Assembly (NCBI GenBank): GCA_017960645.1
Contig: JAGCYU010000027.1
Coordinates: 42,692-106,691, forward strand
Direction of reading: 5' to 3'
DNA length: 64,000 nt
From: Alphaproteobacteria bacterium
Lineage (GTDB): Bacteria; Pseudomonadota; Alphaproteobacteria; CAAHEQ01; UBA3637
Both the position numbers and the translations under genes were made by a program. This document shows positions 20,259-31,986 of the stretch, one piece after another (the stretch's first letter is position 1; each line of letters starts with the position of its first letter). The notes below the pieces were generated by a model, which made no database searches, had not been told where the DNA came from, and saw only the letters and a program-made list of their open reading frames with translations.

Positions 20259-23051
20259 TTATTCTGTCTTATTCAGGTACTTTTTTAAATATTGACCTGT
20301 ATAACTTGACTGGACCTCAGCTATTTCTTCTGGGGTTCCTTTTGCAACAATTCGACCGCCGCCATCGCCCCCCTCTGGCCCCATGTCTATAATATAATCA
20401 GCCGACTTAATCACATCCAAGTTATGTTCAATAACAATCACGGTATTGCCTTGATCTACTAAAGCCTGTAAAACCTCCAACAATTTTTGAATATCTGCGA
20501 AATGCAAACCTGTGGTTGGCTCGTCCAAAATATACAAAGTTTTTCCAGTTGATTTTCTAGACAGCTCTTTTGCCAATTTGATTCGTTGTGCTTCACCACC
20601 AGACAAAGTCACTGCAGATTGTCCCAACGTGATATACCCCAAACCCACACGTTGCAATAATTCACACTTATCACGAATAGATGGAATAGCATCAAAAAAA
20701 TCCCGCGCTTCATCGACGGTCATATCCAATACATCTGCAATAGATTTATCTTTATATTTAATTTCCAAAGTTTCGCGATTATAGCGAGTACCATTACACA
20801 CATCACACTTCACGTAAACATCCGGCAAAAAGTGCATGGAAATTTGTTTGACGCCGTCCCCTTCGCATGCTTCACAACGACCGCCTTTGACGTTAAAAGA
20901 AAAACGTCCTGCTTTATAGCCACGTGCTTTAGATTCCGGCAAACCTGCGAACCAATCACGAATCCCCGAAAACATCCCTGTATAGGTCGCAGGATTAGAT
21001 CTTGGTGTTCTCCCTATTGGATTTTGATCTATGTTAATAATCTTATCAATAGCACCTGTTCCGTGTAAAGTCTTATAAGGCCCTGCGACAACTTTTGATT
21101 TATTAATTAAATTATTTAAGGCATTATAGAGTGTTTCAATAATCAAACTGGATTTTCCTCCGCCCGACACCCCCGTCACACAGGTAAATGTGCCCAATGG
21201 AATATCTACATTCACATTTTTTAAATTATGAACTGTCGCGCCTTTTAAGCTTAAAATTTTACCATTTCCTATCCGACGTTTTTCAGGCACCACAATCTGA
21301 CGCATGCCAGATAAAAATTGACCTGTAATAGACACAGGATTATTGATGATATCTTTGGGACTTCCTTGGGCAATCAAATACCCACCGTGGCGACCTGCTT
21401 CCGGTCCGATATCAATGATATCATCCGCCGCCAACATGGTATCAGCGTCATGTTCTACAACAACGACTGTATTACCTAAATCCCGCAATCGAAACAAAGT
21501 TTGCAACAATTTATCATTATCCCGTTGATGCAAACCAATGGATGGTTCGTCCAGCACATACAATACGCCGGTTAGTCCGGTGCCAATCTGACTGGCCAAA
21601 CGAATACGCTGAGCCTCCCCTCCTGACAAAGTCCCGCTGATACGATCCAAGGGTAAATAACTTAATCCCACATTATTTAAAAAAGTTAAGCGTTCCAAAA
21701 TTTCTTTTAAAATTCGTTCGGCAATTTCCTTTTTTTCATGTGTTAAAGAATCCGGCACTTTTTTAAACCATGCCAATGCTTGCCCAATAGAAAGCATTGC
21801 AACTTCTGCAATATTTTTTTTTGCAATTTTAACTGCCAACGCTTCAGATTTTAAACGTGCTCCGCCACAAGCTTCACAAGGCGTATTCAATTGATACTTT
21901 GCAATTTCATCCCGCATCCAATCTGACTCCGTTTCCAAATACCTGCGCTCCATATTCGGAATCACACCTTCAAAATTTAAGCCTTTTTCATGGTATCCAT
22001 ATAAAATTGCATTTTGCACTTCTTCAGACAGCTTTTTCCATGCTGTTGACATATCAAAGTTCAAGCGTCGCATCAAAGGATTAAGAGCATATTCATACCA
22101 TTGATACACGTCTCCAGATTGACTTGTCCATGGCGCAATAGCCCCTTGCCCAATAGATAACTCCGGGTGCGGGATAACTAAATCAGGATTGATTGCCTGT
22201 TTAATCCCTAACCCTCCACACTCCGGGCAAGCCCCTTGTGGATTGTTAAACGGAAATAAACGCGGCTCCAACTCGCTGATGGTAAATCCGGATACAGGAC
22301 AAGCAAACTTGCTGGACAACAATTTTTCCCGATGTGTTGATGCGTCTTCTACACAAACTAAACCATCCGCCGAATTAAGTGCTTTTTCTACGGAAGCAGA
22401 TAAACGTTCTGCAATATTTGTTTTAACAATTATGCGATCAACAATAATGGATAAATCATGTTTTTTATTTTTATCTAGTGCAGGAATGTTATCTATCTCA
22501 CACACATCTCCATCCACTTTAATGCGTGTAAAACCTTGCTTTTGCCAATCCGCAATTTCCTTTTTATATTCGCCTTTGCGTGCACGAATCACAGGAGCTA
22601 AAATCAATAATTTTGTTCCCTCTGGATAAGCCAAAATTAAATCCGTTATTTGTGAAACAGTTAACGCTTCAATAGGCAATCCAGTTGCTGGTGAATATGG
22701 CGTCCCAACGCGTGCCCATAGCAAACGCATGTAATCATAGATTTCTGTGATAGTGCCAACTGTAGAGCGTGGATTATGACTGGTTGTTTTTTGTTCAATA
22801 GAGATAGCTGGCGATAATCCTTCAATCAAATCAACATCAGGCTTGCCCATCACGTCCAAAAATTGACGTGCATAAGCGGATAAACTTTCAACATATCTGC
22901 GCTGACCCTCAGCATAAATTGTATCAAATGCCAAGCTGGATTTTCCAGAGCCGGACACCCCTGTAATAACCACCAGTTTATTTTTAGGGATATCAACATC
23001 AATATTTTTCAGATTATGTTGCCGCGCACCGCGAATTTTAATAACGTCCAT
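20259..23051 (-). CDS. uvrA: Excinuclease ABC subunit A
   Basis: Two ABC ATPase modules ([10 protein letters not shown] twice), Zn-finger CxxC pairs, signature LSGGE motifs. The internal M ([17 protein letters not shown]) is the canonical UvrA N-terminus. Confidence 0.95.
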   Translation of the reverse strand: MDVIKIRGARQHNLKNIDVDIPKNKLVVITGVSGSGKSSLAFDTIYAEGQRRYVESLSAYARQFLDVMGKPDVDLIEGLSPAISIEQKTTSHNPRSTVGTITEIYDYMRLLWARVGTPYSPATGLPIEALTVSQITDLILAYPEGTKLLILAPVIRARKGEYKKEIADWQKQGFTRIKVDGDVCEIDNIPALDKNKKHDLSIIVDRIIVKTNIAERLSASVEKALNSADGLVCVEDASTHREKLLSSKFACPVSGFTISELEPRLFPFNNPQGACPECGGLGIKQAINPDLVIPHPELSIGQGAIAPWTSQSGDVYQWYEYALNPLMRRLNFDMSTAWKKLSEEVQNAILYGYHEKGLNFEGVIPNMERRYLETESDWMRDEIAKYQLNTPCEACGGARLKSEALAVKIAKKNIAEVAMLSIGQALAWFKKVPDSLTHEKKEIAERILKEILERLTFLNNVGLSYLPLDRISGTLSGGEAQRIRLASQIGTGLTGVLYVLDEPSIGLHQRDNDKLLQTLFRLRDLGNTVVVVEHDADTMLAADDIIDIGPEAGRHGGYLIAQGSPKDIINNPVSITGQFLSGMRQIVVPEKRRIGNGKILSLKGATVHNLKNVNVDIPLGTFTCVTGVSGGGKSSLIIETLYNALNNLINKSKVVAGPYKTLHGTGAIDKIINIDQNPIGRTPRSNPATYTGMFSGIRDWFAGLPESKARGYKAGRFSFNVKGGRCEACEGDGVKQISMHFLPDVYVKCDVCNGTRYNRETLEIKYKDKSIADVLDMTVDEARDFFDAIPSIRDKCELLQRVGLGYITLGQSAVTLSGGEAQRIKLAKELSRKSTGKTLYILDEPTTGLHFADIQKLLEVLQALVDQGNTVIVIEHNLDVIKSADYIIDMGPEGGDGGGRIVAKGTPEEIAEVQSSYTGQYLKKYLNKTE

Positions 23052-23140
23052 ACAACCTGCCTTCCTTGGGCAGATATTATACTGATTTTTCACCAAAAAA
23101 TCAAGCTGTCTTTCGCATATACTGATATAATGAGATCACA

Positions 23141-23710
23141 TTAGAAAACGTGCCGCCATCCAAGATAAAAGATATGGTTATCTTGTTTTACAGTACCGTC
23201 TCGTGTTTTGAAATCCCCGATATCCAAATACCGATACCCGATATCCAAGTTTGTTGCAGAACTGATGGCCCATGTCAAACCAGCCCCCCCACTCCATGTA
23301 AACGCTTTGGAATCGTCCGACCATTCATGTTTGCGTTCAAAATCAGCTGTATATATCCCAGCTCCCAGATTGATAAAGGGGCGTATAGCAGATTTAAACG
23401 GCAAATCAAAATAACCTTGAGCCATCAGTGTATCTATTTCTTGCTCATAGGAACCAGATCCTTTTTGTTTGTTCATCATCATGTATTCAAGTTCTAATCG
23501 AAAATGCCGAATACGTACACCGACAGCAGCAGCCATAGCAAAAGCTGCATTTTTTTTATCTTTTTTAGACAAGTCGTCCGCCCATGGGGTATGAATTTTT
23601 GCAACCCCAGCACCGCCTTTTAATCCTAAATACAGACCACTACGAAAAGGTTTAGCTTGAACAGACGTAACAAACAACAAAACACACAACAAACAAATCG
23701 CTTTTTTCAT
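23141..23710 (-). CDS. Small outer-membrane beta-barrel protein (OmpA-like barrel / OmpW-porin family)
   Basis: Signal peptide MKKAICLLCVLLFVTSVQA, 8-strand-size amphipathic pattern, C-terminal aromatic ...WRHVF. Confidence 0.7.
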   Translation of the reverse strand: MKKAICLLCVLLFVTSVQAKPFRSGLYLGLKGGAGVAKIHTPWADDLSKKDKKNAAFAMAAAVGVRIRHFRLELEYMMMNKQKGSGSYEQEIDTLMAQGYFDLPFKSAIRPFINLGAGIYTADFERKHEWSDDSKAFTWSGGAGLTWAISSATNLDIGYRYLDIGDFKTRDGTVKQDNHIFYLGWRHVF

Positions 23711-23835
23711 AAATAACTCCTTGCTCTTGTATAGGATACACGAAAAAAAATACCTTTGTCAAACATATTTTTATTGACATAAAAATTCCTATCTTTATAC
23801 TGAAAATGTTTTCATAGTTTTTAAGGGAGGAATCA

Positions 23836-24573
23836 ATGTTGCCATTGCTTGTATTTTTAGTTTTCATATTTTTAGTCTTTGTTGTGCCTGGTTTTCGTAT
23901 TCTTATGCAGTTTGAACGCGGCGTTGTATTTACTTTAGGCAAATACTCTTATACTTTATCACCAGGTTTTGTATGGGTTGTTCCGTTTATTCAAACAATG
24001 GAACGAATTGATATGCGTATTGAGACTGTGGACATTCCAAAGCAAGAAGTTATTACGAAAGACAACATTCCTGTCAACATTAACGCAGTGGTCTATTTCC
24101 GCGTTAAACGCCCGGAAGATGTGGTTATGAAAATTTCTGATTACGTGTTTGCGGTTATTCAGCTTACTCAATCTGCATTAAAGGATGTTATTGGAACTAA
24201 TGATTTAGACACCGTTTTATCCGAACGCAAACGTCTAGGCGAAGAAATTAAATTGATTGTTGATGAAGCATCCGACAAATGGGGAATTGATATCGAGTCT
24301 ATTAACGTTCAAGAAATTGAATTACCGGAAGATATGAAACGCGCTATGGCAAAACAAGCTGAAGCAGAACGCAACCGCCGCGCTATGATTATTACAGCGG
24401 ACGGAGAAGTTGAATCTTCCAAAAAAATGTTAGAGGCAGCTCAGACTCTGGCTAAAAGCCCTATGACAATGCAATTAAAAACATTGCAAACAATTAAAGA
24501 CGTCTCAACCTCTCAATCTCAAAAGGTCATCTTGTTCCCCGTGGAATTGATGGAAATTTTGAAAAAGAAATAA
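23836..24573 (+). CDS. SPFH/Band-7 (stomatin-like) membrane protein
   Basis: N-terminal TM, FERGVVFTLGKY core, coiled-coil Ala/Glu-rich C-terminal region typical of slipins. Confidence 0.85.
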   Translation: MLPLLVFLVFIFLVFVVPGFRILMQFERGVVFTLGKYSYTLSPGFVWVVPFIQTMERIDMRIETVDIPKQEVITKDNIPVNINAVVYFRVKRPEDVVMKISDYVFAVIQLTQSALKDVIGTNDLDTVLSERKRLGEEIKLIVDEASDKWGIDIESINVQEIELPEDMKRAMAKQAEAERNRRAMIITADGEVESSKKMLEAAQTLAKSPMTMQLKTLQTIKDVSTSQSQKVILFPVELMEILKKK

Positions 24574-24590
24574 GCATCTTTATCGAATAA

Positions 24591-24621
24591 AAAACCTCCG
24601 ATTTTTTCGGGGGTTTTATTT
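24591..24621. terminator. Bidirectional intrinsic terminator between the SPFH gene and rnr
   Basis: CCTCCGA-ttttt-TCGGGGG hairpin flanked by T-runs on both strands. Confidence 0.55.
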
Positions 24622-26778
24622 ATGTCTTTTATGTTTTTTCATTTGAAGTATCATTTTTTTAGGCGCAACTTTAAACAACAAACTTCCCGTCTCTGGTTCA
24701 CATTCTAATAATACGACTTTGATTATATCGCCTATATTGTATTCCTTTCCACTGTTACGCCCTATTAAGCGTGCGGCATCTTCATCAAACTCATAAAAAT
24801 CATCTGTCATCACACGAAAGGGGATAAATCCATCCGCCCCATATTTATCCAACGAAACAAACATGCCAAAGCTTGTAATACTGGAAATTCGCCCTGTAAA
24901 CAACTCTCCTTCACGTCCGGATAAGAAACTTGCAATATACCGATCTTGTGCATCCATTTCAGCCGAAGCAGATTGTCGCTCTGTCCAAGAAATATGACAG
25001 GCAATATCTGCAAATGCTTTTTTCTCATCAGCCCCCAAACCGCCTTCGCCCAATTTAAGTGCCGTGATTAAAGCGCGATGAACCAACACATCCGCATAAC
25101 GCCGAATCGGAGAAGTAAAATGCGCATAATGCGTCAAAGCTAAACCAAAATGTTCTATATTTTCCGGAGAATAAATGGCTTGAGATTGACTGCGCAAAAC
25201 AAACTCATTTATTGCATAAGCCCGTGGCGTATCTTTTACAGCTTGTAAAATTGCATTAAAATCTTTTGGATTAGCATCTTTTCCCACCTGTTTTTTCCCT
25301 TGGGATTTCAAAAATAAATTTAACCGTTCTAACTTTTCATCCGAAGGTCTATCGTGCACACGATACATTGTTGGCACATTGGATTCTTCCAACGTTTCCG
25401 CCGCAGAGACATTAGCCAAAATCATCAGCTCTTCAATTAACTTCATGCTGGCAAGTGACTCACGACGCTTGATACCAACAACTTTTCCTTGTTTATTTAA
25501 CAATACCTGACGTTCCGGCACATCTAAATCCAACACGCCACGCCGTTCCCGACTCTTTGCCAATGCCAGATACAAATGATGCAAGGCCTCCATTTCCTTT
25601 TCTAAACCAACAATCGACGTTTTTCCATCTAGTGCCATTTGTACCTCATCATAAGTCAAACGACGAACAGATTTAATGAGTGCTCTGTGAAAAACATGTT
25701 TTAATTTTTTACCCGATTTATCCAACCACACTTCACAAACCATACTGGCACGAGCTTCATTTGGATTTAAAGAACAAACTCCGTTTGATAATTCAAATGG
25801 CAACATAGGTAACACTCTATCAGGGAAATAGGTACTGTTACCACGCAATCTGGCATCCATATCCAGCGCATCCCCAGATCGCACATACCAAGCAACATCA
25901 GCTATACCAATCATGGCATGAAAGCCGCTATCAGTTTCTTCTGCCCATACAGCATCATCAAAATCTCTGGCATCCGCACCATCAATTGTTACAAAGGGGA
26001 TATTGCGAAAATCTTCTCTGTACTTGTCCAGCATGGGCACTTTAACTTTAGACGCTTGTTTTTCAGCTGCTTCTGTAAACGCAACAGGCAAAGAATGTTG
26101 GTAGATGGAAATTAACGTCGGTGCAAAAGCTTCTGTCGCAGATCCCACTTTTTTAACAAAAGTTGCTTGAGGGTCCCGTGAACGCACCATCGGAATATCT
26201 ACAATAATAATATCTTTATTTTTTAATTTAATCGAAGATGGAACATTCTTGACCTCAAATTCTTGTTTTAATCGCCGATCAACAGACACCACTACACCAT
26301 TTTCATAAATCCCAACCATATGATTTTGTCCGGCGGTCATCCTGCGTAAAGCCACACCTTCATACATTTTATTTCCAACAGGTTTAATTTCGGCTTGCAC
26401 TACATCTCCTATTCCCGCCGGCGGAGACAACCTATCTTTAGTAATAACAATTTGTGGCATAGGCTGAGCGGTATTCCACTCCAAAGGGCGCGCCATCAAA
26501 TCCCCCATAGAATCTAGACCTGTAATCTCTACAACCAAGCGATTCGGCAAGGCATCAGCCAGTCCTATTTTACGTCCACCACGTCCAACACTAATTTTAC
26601 CCTCTCGACGCAACGTTTTAAACATCTTTTTTAAGGCGACTTTATTTGCCCCTTTAATCCCAAAAGCCCGAGCAATATCCCTTTTGTGAACAGGCGTCGA
26701 TTGGGACTGTAAATACGACATCAACTCGTCCATTGTTGGAACAGCATTTTTATTTTCTTTATTTTTTTGTATCGTCAT
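24616..26778 (-). CDS. rnr: Ribonuclease R (VacB/RNase II family 3'-5' exoribonuclease)
   Basis: N-terminal HTH/cold-shock, central RNB catalytic domain, C-terminal S1 domain and basic tail. Confidence 0.9.
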   Translation of the reverse strand: MTIQKNKENKNAVPTMDELMSYLQSQSTPVHKRDIARAFGIKGANKVALKKMFKTLRREGKISVGRGGRKIGLADALPNRLVVEITGLDSMGDLMARPLEWNTAQPMPQIVITKDRLSPPAGIGDVVQAEIKPVGNKMYEGVALRRMTAGQNHMVGIYENGVVVSVDRRLKQEFEVKNVPSSIKLKNKDIIIVDIPMVRSRDPQATFVKKVGSATEAFAPTLISIYQHSLPVAFTEAAEKQASKVKVPMLDKYREDFRNIPFVTIDGADARDFDDAVWAEETDSGFHAMIGIADVAWYVRSGDALDMDARLRGNSTYFPDRVLPMLPFELSNGVCSLNPNEARASMVCEVWLDKSGKKLKHVFHRALIKSVRRLTYDEVQMALDGKTSIVGLEKEMEALHHLYLALAKSRERRGVLDLDVPERQVLLNKQGKVVGIKRRESLASMKLIEELMILANVSAAETLEESNVPTMYRVHDRPSDEKLERLNLFLKSQGKKQVGKDANPKDFNAILQAVKDTPRAYAINEFVLRSQSQAIYSPENIEHFGLALTHYAHFTSPIRRYADVLVHRALITALKLGEGGLGADEKKAFADIACHISWTERQSASAEMDAQDRYIASFLSGREGELFTGRISSITSFGMFVSLDKYGADGFIPFRVMTDDFYEFDEDAARLIGRNSGKEYNIGDIIKVVLLECEPETGSLLFKVAPKKMILQMKKHKRHK

Positions 26779-26861
26779 GATACAAGCATACAAATTTTCA
26801 TCACAAAAATCAAATCTTGATGGACTTTTAGCAAAAAAAATCTTATACTATCGCTATGAAA

Positions 26862-27644
26862 ATGGGTATTTTTGATTCTGGCCTAGGTGGGCTTGTTATT
26901 GCAAAAGCATTTATGGATAAATTACCACAATATGATTATGTCTATTATGGGGATAGTGCTCATTTACCCTATGGAGAAAAAACTTCCGAACAGATTTTGA
27001 CCTATACATTAGATTCTGTGCGTTTTTTAATCCAACAACAGTGCAGATTGATTGTTTTAGCTTGCAATACGGCGTCTTGTGTCGCTTTGCGTTATATTCA
27101 ACAACAATTTATTCCCTCATACTCTCCAAATACAAAAGTATTGGGCGTTATTATTCCCACAGTAGAACAAGCACTATTATATTCACACACAACTGTTGGA
27201 GTTGTAGCAACGCCGGCAACTATAAACTCAGACATTTACGGGATTGAGTTAAAAAAAATAAATCCTAAAATCAACGTCGTTTCTGTTGCGACACCGGCGC
27301 TTGTTCCTGCCATAGAACAAAATGATTTTGAGGCTGCAGAAAAATATATTTTTGGCTATGCTGATTCCTTACGAAATATTCCTTCTTTAATTTTAGGATG
27401 CACACATTATCCGCTGGTCAAGGAACTGTTTCAAAAAGCTCTTCCCCAAACGCATATTATTTCACAAGATGATTTTATGGGCGGTAAACTGGCTGATTAT
27501 TTACAACGACATCCCGAAATAGAATGTGATTTAACAAAAACAAGTACTCGCGAATTTTTCGTAAGTCAACTCAATCCCAACGCAAAAGATGTCGCCAAAC
27601 TTATTTTTCCAAATGTAACTTTGAAATTACAACCTAGCTCTTAA
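26862..27644 (+). CDS. murI: Glutamate racemase
   Basis: [16 protein letters not shown] and GCTHYP motifs. The two catalytic Cys are present. Confidence 0.9.
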   Translation: MGIFDSGLGGLVIAKAFMDKLPQYDYVYYGDSAHLPYGEKTSEQILTYTLDSVRFLIQQQCRLIVLACNTASCVALRYIQQQFIPSYSPNTKVLGVIIPTVEQALLYSHTTVGVVATPATINSDIYGIELKKINPKINVVSVATPALVPAIEQNDFEAAEKYIFGYADSLRNIPSLILGCTHYPLVKELFQKALPQTHIISQDDFMGGKLADYLQRHPEIECDLTKTSTREFFVSQLNPNAKDVAKLIFPNVTLKLQPSS

Positions 27645-28359
27645 GTGCTGCATTTTGTTTTTCAATCAATTCTGCAATACCCTTTTGGGCCAGAGCCAAC
27701 AGTTTCTGAAATTCTTCCACGGCAAAGGGAGCTCCCTCAGCGGATCCTTGCACCTCAATCAACTGCCCATCCGCAGTCATCACAAAATTGGCATCTGTTC
27801 CGGCATTAGAATCTTCCACATAATCCAAATCTAATACAGGTGTGTTTTGAACAATACCGCATGACACAGCCGCAACCTGACCAATCAAAGGATCTTTTAT
27901 TAACTTTTTTTCTGTTAAAGCACGCATAATTGCCAATTTTAAAGCGACATATCCGCCCGTAATACTGGCGGTCCGAGTTCCACCATCTGCTTGCAAAACG
28001 TCACAATCTATTTTAATCGTTTTATTATCCATTTGATGCAAATCAACCACTGTCCGCAAAGCGCGTCCTATAAGGCGTTGTATCTCCACAGAACGTCCAT
28101 CCTGTTTTCCTTTAATAGCATCACGGTCTTTACGAATATTTCCCGCATGAGGCACCATACCATATTCTGCCGTCAACCATCCACCCTTTTTCCCTTGAGC
28201 TTTCATCCAAGAGGGGGCTTTGTCCTCTATAGTTGCGGTACACAGCACGTGCGTATCACCCCATTTTACCAAACACGATCCCATAGCATATTTATTGACA
28301 TTAGGAACAATAGCGACTGATCTTAATTCATTTTCTTTACGTCCAGAGGGTCTTGGCAT
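27634..28359 (-). CDS. rph: Ribonuclease PH
   Basis: RPSGR...ELR N-terminus, [12 protein letters not shown] phosphate-binding motif, ~240 aa. Confidence 0.92.
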   Translation of the reverse strand: MPRPSGRKENELRSVAIVPNVNKYAMGSCLVKWGDTHVLCTATIEDKAPSWMKAQGKKGGWLTAEYGMVPHAGNIRKDRDAIKGKQDGRSVEIQRLIGRALRTVVDLHQMDNKTIKIDCDVLQADGGTRTASITGGYVALKLAIMRALTEKKLIKDPLIGQVAAVSCGIVQNTPVLDLDYVEDSNAGTDANFVMTADGQLIEVQGSAEGAPFAVEEFQKLLALAQKGIAELIEKQNAALKS

Positions 28360-28489
28360 AGATAACTCCTTGTTTACAATCCTGCATTATTTTACCCCTT
28401 TTTACAAAAAAAAGCAATGGCACTTGATTTTTTAAGATGAAGGGACTAAATATAGGTATATGTTTGATACAACCGTATGTGAGGTTAAC

Positions 28490-29032
28490 ATGGACAAGAA
28501 AAAAGAAACAAAAACAAAAACAAAATCCGAAACCCAAACGCCTGCAACACAGGATGCAGATTTGGTTAAACATTTGCAAGACGAAGTGGCACATTGGAAG
28601 GATTTGGCTTTGCGCAATGCTGCAGAGGTAGAAAATATACGCAAACGGTGTGCTTTGGATATGCAAAATACCGCCCGTTACGCTAATAAGGATTTTGCAA
28701 AAGATATTTTGGCAACCATGGATAATTTGGAAAGTGCTATCAAGCATGCAAAAGTTGAAATGGGTAAATCCGACAAACCATGCGAACCCTTCTTTATTGG
28801 ATTGTTACAAGGTGTAGAATTAACGCATAAACAATTGGAAGAATCCTTAGGCAAACACGCTGTTCGTAAAATGCAAGATATGAATACTGTTTTTAATCCA
28901 GATAAACACCAAGTTATTCAACAAGTAGAAGATCCATCGAAAACCCCAGGAACAATTGTAGAAGAATTGCAAACTGGTTATATGATTGGAGATCGAGTTT
29001 TACGCGAAGCAATGGTTATTGTTTCAAAATAA
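28490..29032 (+). CDS. grpE: Nucleotide exchange factor GrpE
   Basis: Lys/Thr-rich N-terminal tail, then the GrpE coiled-coil (DLALRNAAEVENIRKR) and C-terminal beta domain. Start taken at the internal MDKKKE. Confidence 0.9.
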   Translation: MDKKKETKTKTKSETQTPATQDADLVKHLQDEVAHWKDLALRNAAEVENIRKRCALDMQNTARYANKDFAKDILATMDNLESAIKHAKVEMGKSDKPCEPFFIGLLQGVELTHKQLEESLGKHAVRKMQDMNTVFNPDKHQVIQQVEDPSKTPGTIVEELQTGYMIGDRVLREAMVIVSK

Positions 29033-29516
29033 AGTCTTCTGAAGACAGCATATCCAAAACAGGTTGAAATTCTATTAAAACTTGTTTGTATAAGTGGCGC
29101 TTAAACGGAATCGCCAAGTATGGTACTTTTTTAGCAGAAGCCCAACGAAAGCCACAAAACTCTGGTTTCTTTTCATTTGTTAAAACAATATTTTCATCAG
29201 AGCCTAAAAACATACATAAAAACCATTTCTGCATATTGCCAACTATACTTGTTTGCATCATCTTTGGCAAATCATAATGTACCCAATCTTTTGTGGAAGT
29301 AATAATTTTAACCGTATCTGGCCCCAATCCAATTTCTTCGTGCATTTCTCGCCACATAGCTTGCTCAGGCATTTCCCCCTCCTGAATACCTCCTTGTGGC
29401 ATTTGGAAACGATAAGGTGAATCCTTCGGCCAACACCGCTTTCCCAAAAACACTTTTTTTTGGGAATTGATCAGCATAAAGCCCACAGAATATCTGTATT
29501 TAGAGTTTTTTGGCAT
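29016..29516 (-). CDS. rppH: RNA pyrophosphohydrolase RppH (Nudix)
   Basis: Nudix box GGIQEGEMPEQAMWREMHEEIGL, ~165 aa. Positioned next to ctpA as in many alphaproteobacteria. Confidence 0.88.
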   Translation of the reverse strand: MPKNSKYRYSVGFMLINSQKKVFLGKRCWPKDSPYRFQMPQGGIQEGEMPEQAMWREMHEEIGLGPDTVKIITSTKDWVHYDLPKMMQTSIVGNMQKWFLCMFLGSDENIVLTNEKKPEFCGFRWASAKKVPYLAIPFKRHLYKQVLIEFQPVLDMLSSEDFILKQ

Positions 29517-29517
29517 C

Positions 29518-30846
29518 CTAGTTACTCTCTTTTACCTCAATCACTTCTTTACCATTTTCATAAATCGCCACGGCTTTCAAAATATCAATTGCACGATCCA
29601 ATTGATAGTCTGGCTTTTTATCTTCTTCCCTGAACGATTTGTCCGCTAGCTCTTTAGATACTTGTATTTTTTTCAAAGTATCCTTTGCCTTTTTCCCTTC
29701 TTCTTCGGACAAAGCAGTATCATAATTGCCTTCAGCCCACCCTTTAATCTTGGGTAATTCTTTTAATTCTGCCCGCGGAATTTCTACATCCGGCGTTATT
29801 CCTTTGGCCTGAATAGAATGCCCAGACGGTGTATAATACCGAGCAGTGGTAATTTTAATAGCCCCAAAACCAGGGATTTCCCGCACAGATTGTACAGATC
29901 CTTTTCCAAAAGATTTTAATCCAACAATGACAGCGCGTTTATGGTCTTGTAATGCACCGGCAACAATTTCAGAGGCGCTGGCAGATCCCTCATTGATTAA
30001 AACAACTAATGGCTTGCCATGGGTTAAATCCTCTGTTTTAGCAGAAAACCGCATTGTATCTTCTGGTTTTTTAGAACGTGTAGAAACGATTTCACCTTGC
30101 GCCATAAAAGTATCTGCAACCCCAACAGCTTGGTCCAATAAACCGCCCGGATTATTCCGAATATCCAAAATAAATCCCGTCAGCGAATCGCCTAATTTTT
30201 TTTGAATCTCCCGAATCGCTTCATGCAATTTTTCTGTTGTTTGTTCGCTAAAAGTAATTAAGCGTAAATATCCAATTGTATCTTTAATTTCATATTTAAC
30301 CGGTTGCACTTTAATCACATCACGCACCAATTTCACATCAAAAGGTTCCTCGCTTTTACGAGAAATCGTCACTGTTACATTTGTCTTTGGTTCACCGCGC
30401 AACCGCTTGACAGCATCTGTTAAAGACATCCCTATCACGGAAGTCCCATCAATGTGTGTAATATAATCTCCGGCTTGGAGTCCGGCTTTAAATGCTGGTG
30501 TATCATCAATAGGGGATACGACGCGAACAACACCATTTTCCGCCGTAACTTCCATACCAACTCCGCCGAATTCCCCTTTAGTTTGCGTGTGCATTTCTTC
30601 TGTTTCTTCTTTATTCAAAAACCCAGAATGAGGATCTTGAGATGACAAAACGCCATTGACGGCTTTTTCCACCATATCTTTATAACTTAACTCTTCTACA
30701 TACTCGTCCTTAATTAACCGGAAAGAAGCGCCCAACAAATCCATTAAAACATAAACGTCTTCATATTCTTTTTTATTTTCCTGAGTCGGAGTAGCCGCCC
30801 AAACAGGCAAAGCCATCATTAACCCCAAACAAATTAATTTTTTCAT
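29518..30846 (-). CDS. ctpA: Carboxy-terminal processing protease (S41A) CtpA
   Basis: Signal peptide, PDZ domain, S41 catalytic region (GSASASEIVAGALQD, K in KSFGKGSVQ). Confidence 0.9.
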   Translation of the reverse strand: MKKLICLGLMMALPVWAATPTQENKKEYEDVYVLMDLLGASFRLIKDEYVEELSYKDMVEKAVNGVLSSQDPHSGFLNKEETEEMHTQTKGEFGGVGMEVTAENGVVRVVSPIDDTPAFKAGLQAGDYITHIDGTSVIGMSLTDAVKRLRGEPKTNVTVTISRKSEEPFDVKLVRDVIKVQPVKYEIKDTIGYLRLITFSEQTTEKLHEAIREIQKKLGDSLTGFILDIRNNPGGLLDQAVGVADTFMAQGEIVSTRSKKPEDTMRFSAKTEDLTHGKPLVVLINEGSASASEIVAGALQDHKRAVIVGLKSFGKGSVQSVREIPGFGAIKITTARYYTPSGHSIQAKGITPDVEIPRAELKELPKIKGWAEGNYDTALSEEEGKKAKDTLKKIQVSKELADKSFREEDKKPDYQLDRAIDILKAVAIYENGKEVIEVKESN

Positions 30847-30855
30847 CCAACCTCC

Positions 30856-31986
30856 TTAAGTTGCAAACCATTCTATCGGGTCAATTGCTTGCCCACTATG
30901 ACGCAATTCTAAATACAAATTCGTATAGTTTTGTTTCATGTACCCAACAGGTTCTCCTGCCAATAATTGCTGACCAACAGCTGCATCTATTTTATCCATC
31001 CCTGCCATTACAGTCAAATAATTATCTCCATGATCAATAATAATTAACTGTCCATAATTCTGGAAAGGTCCTGCAAATAAAACTGTTCCATCAAACGGTG
31101 TTGTAATCTGAGCCTTTGGACGCGTTTGAATCAAAATACCTTTAACATGCGCCCCACTTGGGCCAACAATATCTCCAAAATTTTGAGTGATGACACCTTG
31201 AACAGGCAACAGTAAAGAACCTTTGGCTTTATAAAACGCCCCTTGCCCCACATGCGGCGTTAATTGAGCACGCGCTTGTTGTGCTAAACGTTCTTTTTCC
31301 AACTTAGCCAACAACTCCTTTAAATCTTTTGCTTCTTTGGCCAAACTTTGAGCTTTGGCTTTGGATTTTTCATAGTGCGACAGATATTGTGCCTGCAACA
31401 CCATTTTTTGTTTTGCCAACTTTTCCATATTTTGATTTTTTTCGGACAGCTGAACTGTCACAGATTTAATTTCTTGAATCTTGTTTTGTAAATCTGCACG
31501 CACACGACTCAGCTCGGCTAAATCTTCTTTGGTTTGTTCTTGAATTCCACCAACGATAGGGAAACTATATTGCATCAATTGTTTGGAACGCAACATATTT
31601 ATGGGGGTTTTACTTTCAAACAATAATAACTCCGTCGGCCGCAAAGCCAATGTTTGCATGCCTTGCATAATACGCGCCAGCTGTTGGTTTGTTAAAGCCA
31701 AACGTCCATCCAAGGTTCGTTGTTGTTCCTCAAGCTCTTTTTTCTTTTGCTCCAATAATGACAGTTGACCTTCTTGTCTGCGGACATTTTTTGCCAACGC
31801 GACCATTTGTTTTTGAACACTTTGGACTTCTCGGGTTAATTCTTCCGATTTCTTTTTAGATTCTTTTTGGCGTTGCTCCTCTTGGCGAATTTGCTCTTCC
31901 AGTTTATGCAAATCACTGACGCTAGGGGCGGCCAACGCCACCCCTGCATACAGAAAACTAACAAGCAAACAGCACCAATACTTCAC
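30856..31986 (-). CDS. EnvC-like murein hydrolase activator (coiled-coil + M23/LytM domain)
   Basis: Signal peptide, ~250 aa of coiled coil, C-terminal LytM/M23 fold (GILIQTRPKA...IIDHGDNYLTV). Confidence 0.82.
   Translation of the reverse strand: MKYWCCLLVSFLYAGVALAAPSVSDLHKLEEQIRQEEQRQKESKKKSEELTREVQSVQKQMVALAKNVRRQEGQLSLLEQKKKELEEQQRTLDGRLALTNQQLARIMQGMQTLALRPTELLLFESKTPINMLRSKQLMQYSFPIVGGIQEQTKEDLAELSRVRADLQNKIQEIKSVTVQLSEKNQNMEKLAKQKMVLQAQYLSHYEKSKAKAQSLAKEAKDLKELLAKLEKERLAQQARAQLTPHVGQGAFYKAKGSLLLPVQGVITQNFGDIVGPSGAHVKGILIQTRPKAQITTPFDGTVLFAGPFQNYGQLIIIDHGDNYLTVMAGMDKIDAAVGQQLLAGEPVGYMKQNYTNLYLELRHSGQAIDPIEWFAT

Noticed and set aside
28360-28489. Looked for a CIRCE (TTAGCACTC-N9-GAGTGCTAA) element or an alphaproteobacterial sigma-32 promoter upstream of grpE.
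   Set aside because: The best CIRCE alignment (ATGGCACTT ... AGGGACTAA) matches only ~6/9 and 5/9 positions. The sigma-32-like -10 is also weak. Neither is convincing.
28490-28570. (ACAAAA)n-like simple repeat.
   Set aside because: It lies inside grpE and encodes the Lys/Thr-rich N-terminal tail (KKKETKTKTKSETQT). It is not a CRISPR or VNTR element.
28337-28747. 136-aa minus-strand ORF spanning the rph-grpE intergenic region and the grpE 5' end.
   Set aside because: It is antisense to grpE and contains CFCFCF low-complexity sequence from the repeat. It has no RBS.
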